The notes below the pieces were generated by a model that saw only the letters and a program-made list of their open reading frames with translations, was not told the origin of the DNA and did not search any database. From assembly GCF_018977255.1 (NCBI RefSeq), contig NW_024704742.1, positions 25,484,001 to 25,548,000 of the forward strand: a DNA stretch of 64,000 bases, in the 5' to 3' direction. A program made the position numbers and the translations under genes. Below are positions 26,661 to 40,776 of this stretch, one piece after another (the first letter of the stretch is position 1; each line of letters opens with the position of its first letter). This stretch comes from Callorhinchus milii. Its lineage: Eukaryota.

Positions 26661-27920
26661 GACACTGTTGACCATTCCAACCTCCTACACCGCTCCTCCT
26701 CTTAGCTCAATCTTCACAGACCTGTCCTTGCCTGGTTTGAATCTTACCTCTCCCACTGTCTCCACTATTGGGACGTCCTCCCGATGTGAAAGGCACGACA
26801 CAAATATAATTTTGTTTTGTTGTTAAATGTGGTGACTGCATTTGTAGGTGAACTCAGCCACCAATTTGCACACAGCAATGTCCCACAAACAGATAGGAGG
26901 TGAGAGATCAATTAATTGGGAGGATTGTTTGCCAAGACATCGGGAGAAACTCCCTTTTCTTGTTCAGTAGTGGCATTTAATCTTTAACGTCTGCTTGAAC
27001 ATGCAGACAGAACCTTGGTTTAACATCGCATCCAAAGGACGCACCTGTGACAATGCAGAACACCCCCAGCACTGCATTGGAGTGAGCCTAGACTATTACT
27101 GAAGCCTTTATTAATGGACTCATTCTATGACAATTCTTTCGACTCAATCTTCACTAATAGAATAATAAAACACAACAAAATTACATTTGTATAGCACCTT
27201 TCACATCGGGAGGATGTCCCAAGGTGTTGGACAATCAGTGTTTCGGACCTGAGCTGGTGGTCGGGATCGGGGAGGGTGGAGGGCAGGGAGGGAAGGAGGG
27301 TGATTGAAAGCACGGTCGAAGAGGAAGGTCTTCAGATGGGTCTTGAAAGAGGCAAAGGAGGGGGCGAGGCGGAGGGACTGCGGGTTGGAGTTCCAGAGGG
27401 TGTGGTCAGAATGGCTTTGAAGGTGAGGACCAGGATCGTGAACTGTAATCTCTGTGCGATGAGAAGCCAGTGGAGTCGGGCGAGGATGGGGATGACAGGG
27501 TCATGGAGCCTGGTGCAGGAGATGACATTGGCTGCAGAGTTCTGGATGATTTGAAGCCTAAGGAGGAAGGAGTTGGTGAGGCTAACAAGTAGAGAGTTAG
27601 CATATTCAAGCCTGAAAGTTATGGAAGCATGTATGAGGTTTCCTGTGGTGTGAGACAATGGCAGCGCTGGGCGATGTTGGGGAGGTAGGGGAAGGCAAAG
27701 CGGGTGATGACGTAGATGTGGGGTAGAAAGGATAGTTGAGGATAATGGACCTCTATATGGCATAAGAACACAAGAAATGCTGGACGAAAATTGACCAAGC
27801 TCCATTTAGTTTGCCTTCCATCTTCTTGGCGATCGCATGCACACATGTTCCAAACTACCTATGTACTATATCTCATAATGTTGTTTCCTAAAAGAAAATT
27901 ATCTAATCTTTGTTTGAAAG
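26661..27920 (-). repeat. Composite cassette copy A (CR1 tail + L2 3' end + spacer + Deu-SINE + inverted L2 piece)
   Basis: Reverse complement of 42420-44078, sharing all internal junctions. Confidence 0.88.
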
Positions 27921-28080
27921 AATCAACACTTCCTGCTTCAACCCTCTCCCTAGGGAGCCTGTTCCACAGGTTCACTATTCTCTCACTGAAATAGTACTTG
28001 TGTAGATTTGTTCTGAATTTACCCCCCTTTAGAATCTTAAAGACAGCAATCATGTCACCTCTCAATCTTTTTTTCCAGTG
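27760..28080 (-). mobile_element. CR1-like LINE 3' fragment
   Basis: RLRGDMIAVFKILKG...FSERIVNLWNRLP...SFKQRLD in ORF 27859..28152. Confidence 0.85.
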
Positions 28081-29574
28081 TTTAGTTTTTATTTTAAATA
28101 AATGACTTTTGGAGATGACAGGTGTCAACAATGGGATCTCATTTTCAAACAAAAACCAGCCCGAAATCTCAGCTTGTAAAACTAGACCAATGTAACCAGA
28201 CCAATGTTAGATGTGATTGAAAAAATACCACATCAAACACAGAAGGGACTCTGCGGAAGAGTATATTTGCTGGTGACTCGGTGAGTTTGACAGCACTCGG
28301 ACATGTGAGCTCAACCATTGAGGCTGTAAGGGTCAAAAAACGATCTGAAGGATTTATTTCCTACTTGGAGACTGAGTTGTTTGATCATCCCTTGGTGTGA
28401 CTGGGTACCAGTTCAAAGCTGTTTATACATTCCAAATGTGTGGTGCAAAACAATCAAAATCTCTCCTTCTGCATGTCCTCTTGGAAGGGCACGAATAGGA
28501 ATGAAATGCGGGTAATAACCTGCTTCTGCTATAAATAAATAGTTACCCATTTTTAAATCTTTTGAGAGGCCACTTTACCATTTATTGCATCTGTTTTTCT
28601 GTTTTAGTGCAGTGTTAGGCAGGTGAGAGAACCATTTTCTGACTGGTTCTCAGCTGGAAGCTATAATTAATCGGCTCCATTGTTGCGCGTCGTTTGTGTA
28701 AGTGGTTTATCACCAGGCTTTCGAAGGTACTGGATAAATAAAAGAAATTATTGTTTTTTTTATCGGTAAGATAAAATATTAAGTAGCAAGTTACCTCTGG
28801 AAACATCCACTCTCAGTGGAGAATTGCGGACTGTTGGCAGCAAGTAATATAACTGCAATTTAATCAGTGTTCAGATGACATTAACCACGGGAGCAAAACC
28901 TCGGTAACCTGCGAATGTCACATGAACTCAGATTAAATTTCCGCCTCACACTTACTCCCACATTTATCATGTTTTATTCATTGTACACTTGAATAAAATG
29001 AAAGCCATGTTGATGACTATTTAAAAGTGGCGCTGGAATTACATTGAATGCAGCACAGAGACTTTGTTGTAACACCAACACTGAATTTACCCAGGAGCTG
29101 TTAGAAAGGCAAAATTTGTCACTAAGGCTTTGGTGAAGTGCAGTGGTGGGCGTGTGAACTTCCTGTACTTCTGCCCACTTGAACTGCAATAAATATCCTG
29201 CATACAGTACAGTTCGTCGATTTTTTCCTTTTGTGTGTAAATAGAGCATTGTAAGGCGTGTAACAGTGGGGTGAAATACTGGTAGTTACAAGCCCTGGTG
29301 CTGGTATTAACGTAAAGCAACTTGTGGTGATGAATTAAGAGTGTCAGGCTGAAACTGGGCCACAGTATCAAGCCAGTTGGTTGAAGTGTGATTTTTCTTC
29401 TTCTGGAGAATCGGTAGCAAGACACTTAAAGAAGCAAGTGACAGCACTGAAAGGAATTGTTAGATTGCCACTTCAGAACAGAATTAAAATCAGTCTTTAG
29501 TTCCAACAAGACACGACAACAGGTTACTTCGAAAGCCGACAGGCTCTTTTTTCATTCTCTCTTGTATCGATGTG

Positions 29575-29850
29575 TGTTGGCCTGGCTCAGTTGGTAGTTT
29601 TCTCACCTCTCAGTAAGAAGGTTGTCGGTTCAAGCCTCTCATGAGGACTGGAACTCACATTGTCTAGGCTGACACTCCATTACAGTGCTGGGGGTGCACT
29701 GCATTGTTTGAGGTGCTATCCTTCAGATGCGTTGTTAAACCGAGGTTTAGATGGCCATTAAAGATCTGATGACTACTCGAAAAAAGAAGGGAGTTTCTTC
29801 CAGTATCCTGGCTAACAATCCCTCAAATAAAATTGGTCATTTACTTCATA
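29575..29850 (+). mobile_element. Deu-domain SINE, 3'-truncated
   Basis: tggctcagttggtag head + Deu core. Confidence 0.85.
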
Positions 29851-30510
29851 ATAATAATAATAACCCTTGCATTTGATATAGCACCTTATCACATCATCGA
29901 GACAACTTAAAGCACGTCACAGGGTATAATGTAAAGTGAAGTGACTGTATTTTGTGGGTGAAACTCGGCAGCCAGTTGCGAACAGCAGTGTCCCACAAAC
30001 AGCCATGGAGTAAATGACCAATTTTATTTGGGGGATTGTTGGTCAGGAAACCGGAAGAATCTCCCTTCTCTTTTCAAATGGTGCCATGGGATCTTTAATG
30101 CCCACCTGAACAGGCTGACAGGACCTCGACTTAACGCCTCATTTGAAGGATAGCACCTCCAACAATATAGCTCATCCCCAGAACCACATTGAAGTGTCAG
30201 CTCATGCCAGTAGCCCAGCGGGTGATTTTATGCAGCCCGCGACAATTTTCCATCATTCCATCTTCTACTCCCTCCCTCCCTGGTGAACGTCCTCCCAGGG
30301 CAGTGGCAGGAGCCAGTGGTTGGGAGGACGCAGTGCGCAGGGCTTTTACTGCAGTCTGTCAGGAAGGCAAGTACGTCTCTTGCTAACCGTGTACTTAGCA
30401 ACCAACAGCCGGCAGCAGAAAGGTTGGACCACCCCGGCTTACACTATGCGATTCCAGGTCCGATTCCAGGCTTGAACCCACAACCTTCTGATTCAGGAGA
30501 GTGCTACTGT
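29851..30510 (-). mobile_element. Deu-domain SINE interrupted by a hAT-like insertion (~30203-30437)
   Basis: Tail at 29851, core to ~30200, tRNA head at ~30440-30510 (cttgaacccacaaccttctga). Confidence 0.75.
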
Positions 30511-31118
30511 TAATGACTGTTTTTAGCACAGCTGCTATGTTCTACAAAACACACAACCACTCCCCTTCATAGTAAATCCTGTGAAGTGCCTTGGGACGTC
30601 GTCGTGACGTGAAAGGCATTAAACCAAATGATTATTATTATTATTGTGGACCGAGGTGAGATGAGGGGAGTGGCAGAATCCTCTGTTCCTAATGTAGAGA
30701 TCGATAGAAACATTGAAATAAAGTAGAAAATACTGGGAGTGTGCACCCGCAGATTAGTGTGAGAAAGAGGGGCAGTGTTTCCAGTAAAACTTTTATTCAG
30801 CTTGCTGTATTTTTTCAGCACTTTCTGGTTTTTACTGAAAATGTTTGGAATATTCTCTTTCCCGTAGTAGCTGAATTCCATAGTGAAAATACAAACCTGT
30901 ATTTCATATCTATAAACAGTATACAAGGATTACGCTTGATGACTTCAGTAGTGGATCTGGCACCAGAGTAGGCTCAATGAATCGAACGCTCTCCTTCCGT
31001 GCAGCCATTTAGATGATTCTGTGATATATGAACAGAGCTCATTTGCTGTGAAATTTATCACAGCTGGCAGAATTCCTCAAGGTGGAAAAAAAAGACAACA
31101 TTTTGAAAGCCTAACTGA

Positions 31119-31340
<222 letters not shown>

Positions 31341-31659
31341 TGATATACCTGCTGGCAGTTTGGTGCTGAGCATTCATTTAAATTGAGTTATCTGTGAAGG
31401 TGTATGGTAATATATTCAGTATACTTGACATTGTTGGCCAGAGGCAGCAAACTGAAAGCCTTGTGACAATTGTGCATTTCTTCTTCTCCTCCTCAGCAGG
31501 TTTTTGCGATGTGTGAAGTTCTTACTCTGAAGAACATCTTTTAAGTGGATCTGCAGATCCCTGCAGTGTTTCCTTAGTTATTAAGGTCTAAGAGAGGATG
31601 CCCCACATGTGCAAGGAACCAACAAGATGAGAGTCTCTTGTGGAGCGTGTGTCTATTTC

Positions 31660-31850
31660 ACTTGAGGAGAATTTTTTTTATACAGAGCTGTTATGGTCTG
31701 GAATACACTGCCTGAAAGGAGGGTGGAAGCAGATTCAATAATAACAACATTCAAAAGGCAAATGGATATATACTTAAAACGAAAACATTTGCAAGGCTAC
31801 AGGGAAAGGGCGGGGGAGTGGGACTATTTGCATACCTCTTTCAAAGAGCC
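31660..31850 (+). mobile_element. CR1-like LINE 3' fragment
   Basis: VWNTLPERRVEADSI.TFKRQMDIYL. Confidence 0.8.
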
Positions 31851-32319
31851 GTTTTTTTTGTTCTGTAGCCTTTTCTCAGACTTTGTTGGCTTTTGGGATT
31901 TGTAATTTGTTGTTTACGAATCTCACTATCCAACATTTGCAAACTGAAAATCATCAACAGCAATAGTTTGCAGTTATATAATGTTTTTCACGAAGGGAGA
32001 ACATTTCCAATCAAAGACTGAGTATTAACCCAAGCTGTGAGGGAGTTAGTGGAAAGGTTACAAAATTGGCGACGTTACTGGTCTCCAGTAAGCTCTGAGT
32101 GGCTTGACATGGTGATCAATGCAAAAGGGCCTTTTCTAGGGTCCGTTGTCAGCTGTAGTAGCAGATGAGGTTTCTCTACACATTTGCCAAATGGCATTTA
32201 GTACAAATAGCTGGTAAAGGACTGAGGTGGCAGAATTTTCACCATGGACTCATTGACTCTCTTTTGTCAGGTTGAAGAGAAGCATTTTGGAATTAAAACA
32301 CAGTGAGAGAAATAGGAAG

Positions 32320-32358
32320 GGAGAGAGAGAGAGAGAGAGACTGAGTGAGACAGAGAGA
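32320..32358. repeat. (GA)n microsatellite
   Basis: gagagaga... run. Confidence 0.85.
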
Positions 32359-32589
32359 TGTGGGAGACGGAGAATGTTTGAGAATCAGAGAGCGCACACT
32401 TGAGCCACAGCTGTCATCAAGGTGTGGTAAACTCTGCACGTCATTATTCAACGTAAAGTTGAAAAATGATACCTTTGATAGGACGGCCACCATTCAGATC
32501 CAATCACTGATGGACATCAATGGAAGGAGGACATCATTCTTGTTAGTGGACCAAGTTCCATATATTTAAAAATTCAAACACTTTATCAT

Positions 32590-32870
32590 GTCGTCAAAAT
32601 GTTTCATCAAAGCACTTCACACGATTTACTGTAATGTACAGTGACTGTTTTGTAGGAGAATGTGGCAGCCATTTTGCAAACAGCAATGTCCCAAAAACAA
32701 CCACAAAGTGAGCGGCCAAATTTATTTGGGAGTTAGTTGGCCAGGACACCGGGATAAACTCCTTTCTCTTTTCGAATAGTGCCATTGGATTTTTAACATC
32801 CACCTGAACAGGCAGACGGGACCTGGGTTTAATGTCTCATCTGAAGGACAGCACCTCTAACAATAGTGCA
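32590..32870 (-). mobile_element. Deu-domain SINE
   Basis: ttggccaggacacc...tttaacatccacctgaacaggcagac...tcatctgaaggacagcacctc. Confidence 0.8.
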
Positions 32871-34139
32871 GTTACCTCTCCGCACTTACCAGCAACCCAA
32901 GTTGTTCTCACCTTCGAAGAGATCAAATGTTACAAAAGGAAATGTAGGTTGCAGTCCTGAATACTTGCAGTGTGTATTTTTGCTGCTTCATTGCACTTAA
33001 TAGGAAAAAAAACCTATTTTTATTAATGTGATGGGCTATTAAGAACACACTGAACACAGCACAGTGACAGTGTCAGGAGCGAGTTTTCATAAGTCAGCAC
33101 TTTGTTTTCACGATCAGCAAGTTTACTTTTATAAAATGCCCTTTAATTTTCTAAATTCACTTGACAATAGGAAGGTGCCTCAAATTGGTTGTGAGCGAGA
33201 GCTATAATCCTTTCAATTCTACGAGAGCAGGAAGAGAATGGCACATCAGACAGACTGTAGGGTCAAACTGACTGGACATTTTTGCTGTGGAAGCAAAGCT
33301 TCTCAGTTTTGTGCTGCAATTTTTATAAATATGCATTCAGTTCAGAAGCATCTACTACATTGCACCTCTCTACACTGTATCTCGCTGAGCCAGAAATCGG
33401 CAGTGTGGGGTACCACATTGTTTGAATAAAGCCTGCAAGTGTGGTATCAGAAATGGGAATCTTCTACCAGGCTCACAGGATGAACTGATTTTAAACTGAC
33501 TCCCTTTGCAGGCAAATGTTCAATTTAAATGCATGGACCACAGAGCCAATGTTGTTAAAAAAAAGGTTTGCTCCTGCAATACACAAGCGCAGAGTTATAT
33601 GTGGGCATTTACTGGAGTTTCATTGCAGATTGAGCGTGGGATATCAGCATGACATTCCACATCTGTTAATAAGGTTGGATTTCTCCGTGTAGGTGGCCAC
33701 CAGAATACATGGCTTCCACAGATGATGCGGTCTGGGGATGTGCAAACCCCACTGCCTTGTTCATTATTAGCGGTTACTAGAGTGCTGCGATTAGTCAGTC
33801 ACTCTCACACAGCTAACAGGAATTTTATTCCGACTTGTATGAAATGAATGTGGGGAACTGTGAAAACATTACCATTGAACGGGATGGAATGTAAGAAGTT
33901 ATTATGTCTTATCAGAAGTCTTATGAATATAAGAAATGTCTGGGAGGGGAAAAGGCCACTCGGTTCAATGAAGAGCAGCTGTGGCTCTGGGCTCTCTGGG
34001 GTTACAGCGATGCTGGTTGCCACAGCAATGCAAGCCACCAGTCAAGACAGCAACCTTAAGCAGGTTAATTAGACATTAATGAACTGCAAGGCGTGCCAGG
34101 GATTATTGTGCTACGAAGCAAAGTGGAGAGCATATATAA

Positions 34140-34650
34140 TACAATAATCTTTACATTTGATTCAGCTCCTTATCACTGTTATCGAACCATCTTAATAGCA
34201 TTTCATAATTTGTGTAAAGTTTGATGATTATTTATAGAGGAACGCAGCAGCCAATTTGCACACAGCAATGTCTCAAAAAACCGCCATGGAGTGAATGACC
34301 AATTTTATCTGGGGGAGTATTGGCCAGGTCATTGTGAGACAGTTCTCTTTTCGAAGACTGCCATGGGATCTTTAACGTCCAGCTGAACAAGCAGACAGGA
34401 CCTTGCTTTAATGTCTCGTCTGAAAGACAGCACCTCCAACAATGCAACCCCTCCCACACCTCCCATTACTGCATTGTCAGCCAGACCATGAGCTGAAAGA
34501 ATGATTGGCATGGTTAAACTCTGCCGTTCACATAATAATACTTGCATTTGATATAGCGCTTTATCACATTGGTGAGATGTCTCAAAGCGCTTAACAGAAC
34601 ATACTGTAAAGTGAATTGACTGTATATTTTGTGGGCAAAACACAAAATTA
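34140..34650 (-). mobile_element. Deu-domain SINE plus adjacent SINE tail
   Basis: ccatgggatctttaacgtcc...gacagcacctcc core; second tail at 34533-34640. Confidence 0.8.
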
Positions 34651-34959
34651 TCTATCACATATCTCACCATCAATCATTAAGCTTCTTTGTATTTTTTTAT
34701 AAACAAATTATTTCCCTGCTTGTTTTCTCAAATCATTTTCTTCTCAAATATCAAGCATTTGTTTACTGGAGTACAGTTTCACAGTTGCCAGTCTCTGGTA
34801 TCTCGGAAACTTGTAAAGTACAGAATACCAAGGTACCAAATGAAACTGAAAGCGAGCATGGATTTGAAGCCAGTGATAGCACCCATACTTACCATAACTC
34901 TAACTGAGATCTGATAACTTAGCATTTCATCGACAAAAATAGTCACTACACTTTAGGAC

Positions 34960-35250
34960 ATGTGGTCTTCAGATGAGACGTGAAACCAAGGGCTCATTTG
35001 CATGTCCAAGTGGCCATTAAGGATCCCATGACACTATTCGAAAAGAGAAGGGAGTTTCTCCCAATGTTCTGGCTAACAAACCCCCAAATAAAATTGGTCA
35101 TTCGTTTCATAGCTGTCCACAAATTGGCTGCCTCGTTCATCTACAAAACACACAAATCACTCCACTTTAGAACATATCCTGTGAAGTAATTTGAGATATC
35201 CTGCTGATGTGAAAGGTGCTATGTCAGATGTAAGGATTATTATTTATTAG
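34960..35250 (+). mobile_element. Deu-domain SINE, 5'-truncated
   Basis: cttcagatgagacg...aaggatcccatgacac...tail ggattattatt. Confidence 0.8.
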
Positions 35251-36796
35251 GGAATGAACGTGAGATCTCCAAGGTTTCCCTGGTCCAGATGCTCACCAGA
35301 TAAATTGATCAGGAAAAACATTTTTTTTAAAAATGACATTAAAATCAGAAGGGTCTGCAGGCAGGGAGAAAATCAAATACAGAATGAAACTGATTCTAGT
35401 TTTAACAGGATTCTAATTGTACTACGACACTTTCAAATTGAACAGCTTTGCTGTACGACTGGTACTGATGAGACACAGTGCCTTATAGTGGAGCAAAGTG
35501 AGCTGGAGTCAGCATCACTTAGACGTGAAAACCTGGCCAAACACTACATGTACTGGCTATATTTTCTACCACTGAATATCATTTACGTTGTTTTCAAATG
35601 CAACACCCCTGCAACAATACCTGCTAGAGAGACCTGTTCCATGTTATTGTATGGGTGTAAATTGGAGCTGGCAAGTAGATGTAAACATGGTTTCACCACT
35701 GCTTTTACTGTTGATTTCTTTCCTTGCACCAAAAGAGAATTTATTTTTAAAGTTTAAAACTACGTACATTGCACATCTAAGACTACAGTGATTTGTTTTT
35801 CAAAAAAACGACACTTTTTCATTATGGGAGCAAGTCAAAGAAAAGGCACAACAAAAGAAAAACAATCACAGCATGCAGGACACCTGGGGAGGTGGGGAAG
35901 CCAGCAGGCACTAAGATTCAGGAGGAAGCTCACACACCCACCCAGTGGCTCACAAACTCCTAAACACAAGAAGTCCTTTCTATAACAGAGAGGTGGGGGG
36001 ATGGGGTGGAGGGGACAGAGTTGAGGTACACTGGTCGGGTTCAGGATTACCAGTTGGGATCCAAATTCGTTGAATCCCAATTCCCCAAATTCTAACACAA
36101 AGCCGTTGTCGTCTTAGAATACCAAGCACAGTCTAAGAAACTTACCAAGCAGCAGTGAGCAACCATCTTCTTTCTCCTGCGAGAAAGGTGACCGAAATGA
36201 TGATAATTACAAATGATGCTTATTGTCAACACTGTCTGGTTTTGACCAGAGGGCCCTGAGCCCACGGCTTTAGTTCTGCAATCGTTATGGCCATCCTCAC
36301 CTCTTTCAGCTTGCCACAATATTCTCTGCACTTTTCTCTCCAGCTAACAACATTCTATAACTTTACAAATTCTACAAAACAGGCACTTATTCCCCTTTGG
36401 ACTTTCGACATTTGGACACAGAGACAACACTAACTAATATAGTTAGTATTACATAGAACAACCGCTTCATAATGTGGTCCCCTGGGTCCAATATCTCAGA
36501 CCCCATGTTATAATGAAGTGTAGATAAAAAGCTGGCTTGCTGGGGACATCACTTTCTGGGGAGGTACGCACCACTGATATCATTTCCTTCACTGTGCCAC
36601 AAGCTGAAGCCAACAGAACACAACGTATAACCAAATCAGCCTTTTAAGAGTGTGTCTTATAATAGGATTATCAACATGTATTTGCAACATGATAATGTGA
36701 TGTGATGTACAAAGGCAATTCATTAGGATCTTTTGCTATCAGTTTCATTCTTAGTAATTCCGTTCGTCTGCAGATAGTCACTGCACTCTCCAGTAA

Positions 36797-37129
<333 letters not shown>

Positions 37130-38199
37130 GGTTCAGTGATCCTCCACTCGGTTCCTAGCAGCAACCAGCACAGGAACCAAGTCTAGCTGCTTCATGTTTG
37201 AGGCACTGAGATATAGTAAGTAATGGGAGAGAACCTGTTAATTTGATACATCTTGTTTTCCTTTTAGTCCTCTTCATTCTGCTCATGTTATTTGTAAGTG
37301 TTTAATGAAATCCTTTGCTAGGTGGCATGCTTGTTTCATTTTATTAGTACTTTCAACTAGAATTGCTGTACTTTTATTATCTCAGGATGTGGATGTGAAA
37401 ATAAAGTCTTTACAACAAAAGCACCCCCACACACCTGCTCCACACACCCACATTTCCTGGCTGGGTTATTTGAGAATGCAATTAAACACACTAATGCTGG
37501 TTTTCAACAAAAAATGGGCAATTTCATCACCAAAAAACCTGGGCAGTGAGCAAGGGACACTTTGCTCATATGGTATGTTAATTGTGTAGAATAACTAGTT
37601 TCTGTGTACTTTATATATGGCTTCTAACAATCAGCAAATAGATTGAAATACGCTACTCTGGTTTTAATTGTGTCAAATCAATGTGCAACTCGTTTTTCTT
37701 AGAGCATGAAGGCAGTAAGAGATTTTATAAAATAAACCATTTTAAAGTCCACTCTACTTAAGAAATCAAAGGCTCCATTCTGCCTGATGCAGTGGTGCTG
37801 ATTTGAACTTTACATTTAAGTGAAATGACTATTTGATATGGGCATAAAGACCGTACTGAGTGGCAAACTTGGCAACTAGGTCACATCAGTTATCCATTAT
37901 CACCTTAAAAGTACAAGACTACTCCACCAGTGGACTTGAACTGTGGCTTAACTGCAATGTCACGTATCACCAGGAGAGTTTGTCAATGCCAAGTGTTCCC
38001 AGTATCCACATTAAGGTTAGGATTAGAGTAGCCATGATAAAGTCATGTTGTGTTTGCTTTTCCCAAGCAACCTGTCATTCTACAGTAAGATCACATTGCA
38101 GCAAGATTACCTGCGGTCAGTGGGAACTTCTTTCAGATTTACTTTCTCCCAACCCCACCATTTGACAAAAAACACAAGGTTAATTTAAGTTAAAGAAGC

Positions 38200-38458
38200 G
38201 AATGATTGGCAGGCCTTCTGCCACTCTGCCCCCACCCTCTGGAACTCCATCCCACAGTCCCTCCGTCCTTGCCTCCTTCAAGACCCATCTCAAGACCCTC
38301 CTCTTCGACCGTGCTTTCTATCACTCTCCTTCCCCACCTACCCTCCACCCTCCCCAATCTCGACCCACAGCTCGGGTCCGAAACTCTGACTGTTCAGCGC
38401 CTTGGGACGGCCTCCCGACGTGAAAGGCGCTATACAAATGTAATTTTGTTGTTGTTGA
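38200..38458 (+). mobile_element. L2-like LINE 3' end downstream of the NSG1 stop
   Basis: cagcgccttgggacggcctcccgacgtgaaaggcgctatacaaatgtaa(ttg)n tail. Confidence 0.88.
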
Positions 38459-39351
38459 TTCAAAACTGTACATTAATGCTAATTGCTTCTCCAATTCGGA
38501 AAGTTATTGCTGTGCAGTGGCTATTCGGAATCTGAATGAATTTGATCTCTGTACGCAGAGAGTGGCCCAACTTACCTAGACATAGCTGCATTTATATAAG
38601 AGACCTAATTTAGACTGGGTAGGAAAAAAGGAAGTACAAATGCACAGGCATGGTATGCACACAAATCATTTCAAATAGTCAAAAATGTAAAGAAATTCCA
38701 ACTTCCTGCTGCTGTGTGAAGCACATAGCTGTCTCTGGACAAAAAATATAAAGATGATTCATTTTCCAGCTGCAATATCAGTGCACATAACAAATACTAG
38801 AAATATTTCCACGTGTGCCATAATTGGCATGCTTTTAAAGTACACTTTTCTTAGTACAATCTTACAATGTCTGCAATACAGCTCAGATTGAAGTAATATC
38901 TATTTGGCATGCCATGTCCTCCCCCAAGGAGGAAAGAGACACTTTCTTAAAGAAAATAAGTTATTTTACCTCTACCTGGTAACTACCTTCTATCATTGAT
39001 AGAAGTGATGTGATATGTTTTGCCCTTAGAATGAAAAGATGCCAAAATCAAAACAAACTGCCAGGCGTGGACTATTCAAGACTGGTTTCTACAGAATCCT
39101 GTGGGATATTGTAGGGAAAATATTAAGTGAAACGGAGGGGGGAGATATGCAGACACATGACAAATTAAAATGAGTGCCAAAACATCATGCTTTGTAAAAT
39201 GTGTGCCATACTTGTCATATAGTGTCTACAGTGTTATTTAAGTCCTGTTTTTACAGAACTCCATGTGTTTTATACATCTGGGCAGAATTATACTTGTGTT
39301 GGATGTAAAATGAAGCAATGAAGTTATAACTGATATTCACTATACAAAACA

Positions 39352-39357
39352 AATAAA
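39352..39357 (+). terminator. Candidate distal poly(A) signal of NSG1 (other AATAAA at 37400 and 37731)
   Basis: AATAAA followed ~25 nt later by a GT-rich tract (gctgtgtgtatgtgttt). Confidence 0.5.
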
Positions 39358-39423
39358 GTTGAAAAATAAGAATCTTTATGCTGTGTGTATGTGTTTAAAA
39401 GCAGGCACAGCTACATCTAAACT

Positions 39424-39895
39424 GTGAACCTGTCCTCATCATCCTCGTTCCCCACCATCCACTATCTCCCCCATCCCAGAGGTAGATTTAAAATCCTTGT
39501 CCTCGCCTTCAAAGCCCTACATGGCCTTGCTTCTTCCTACCTCTGTGACTTGCTAACTTCATACAGACTTGTCAGCTCCCTCCTGGTCATTGGGCTCCGG
39601 CCTGCTCCATGTTCCTGGCCCGCACCATCATCGGGGGTCGGGCCTTCAGAGTCTCTCTTCCCATCCTTTGGAACTCCAACCCACATCCCTTCACCTTGTT
39701 CGCTCCCTTGCCTCCTTGAAGATCCATCTCAAGTTGCTCCTCAATCACGCCATTGGTCACCCTCCTACCCCCACCATCCCTGCCCTCCACCCCTCCTGAT
39801 CCCAACCACCAGCTCGGGTGCAAATCCTTGACTTTCCAAAGCCTTGTGATGTCCTGATGTGAAAGGCGCTATATAAGTGTCATTTGCTGTTGTTT
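39424..39895 (+). mobile_element. L2-like LINE 3' fragment between the two gene ends
   Basis: RFKILVLAFKALHGLASSYLCDLL; tail gtgaaaggcgctatataa. Confidence 0.85.
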
Positions 39896-40034
39896 TCGGA
39901 AATTGTAATAATAGGTGTCAATGTAATTATATTGTTATGACATCCAAACACAGTGGCTCTTTCTCCTTTATAGTGAACTTTCAGTCCACTCCTGCTCAGA
40001 ACAAAGAGACAGATCAATCAGCAGCTTGGCAGGT

Positions 40035-40040
40035 TTTATT
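40035..40040 (-). terminator. Candidate poly(A) signal of STX18 (another at 40491-40496)
   Basis: TTTATT on + strand (AATAAA on -) downstream of the STX18 stop in AT-rich UTR-like sequence. Confidence 0.4.
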
Positions 40041-40611
40041 AGCAATTTCAAATAACAGTTTTCTTACGTATTAAACAACATTTTGATTTACTGTTGATTT
40101 CTCTGATTCAAGCAGTAAGATGCACTGCATTGAACTCTTTGTATTCCTTGGACTAAGAGTAACAACATTGAAAACAGCCATGTGGAAGTCAACAATTGTG
40201 TGCATTACAAATGTACATTTTCTGTTTCTGTGCATTTTTTTTAAAAAAAGGCTCTTCGGACTATGAACATTATTGGGCATCAGGACACAAAGATTTGTAT
40301 CAGGAGCTGATGTGACTCACTGAGAAGAACAAGTATACAACACAGTTTTCGTATTTAAAATAATGCATTATTTAAACCAAGTCAGCTTAAGATTTTTTTT
40401 TACGAAGACAAGCTCACAAACAAAAATATTACTGTAATACATAATATTGTTGAACTGTGCCACTATGTGTTTCAAGTGATGATTTTAGGTTTTATTTATC
40501 GTGTAAGTCAGTCTTCTTCTGTGCTCTAGTTGTAGATTATGAACATCAATGAAAGTCCTGTCAGGTCATATTGAATATGACACAATAAAAGCCCTTGGCC
40601 AGCTCCATCTC

Positions 40612-40776
<165 letters not shown>

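Noticed and set aside
35254..35757. 167-aa ORF and other 60-140 aa ORFs in introns
   Set aside because: No recognisable domain or splice context; many overlap SINE/LINE text; consistent with chance ORFs.
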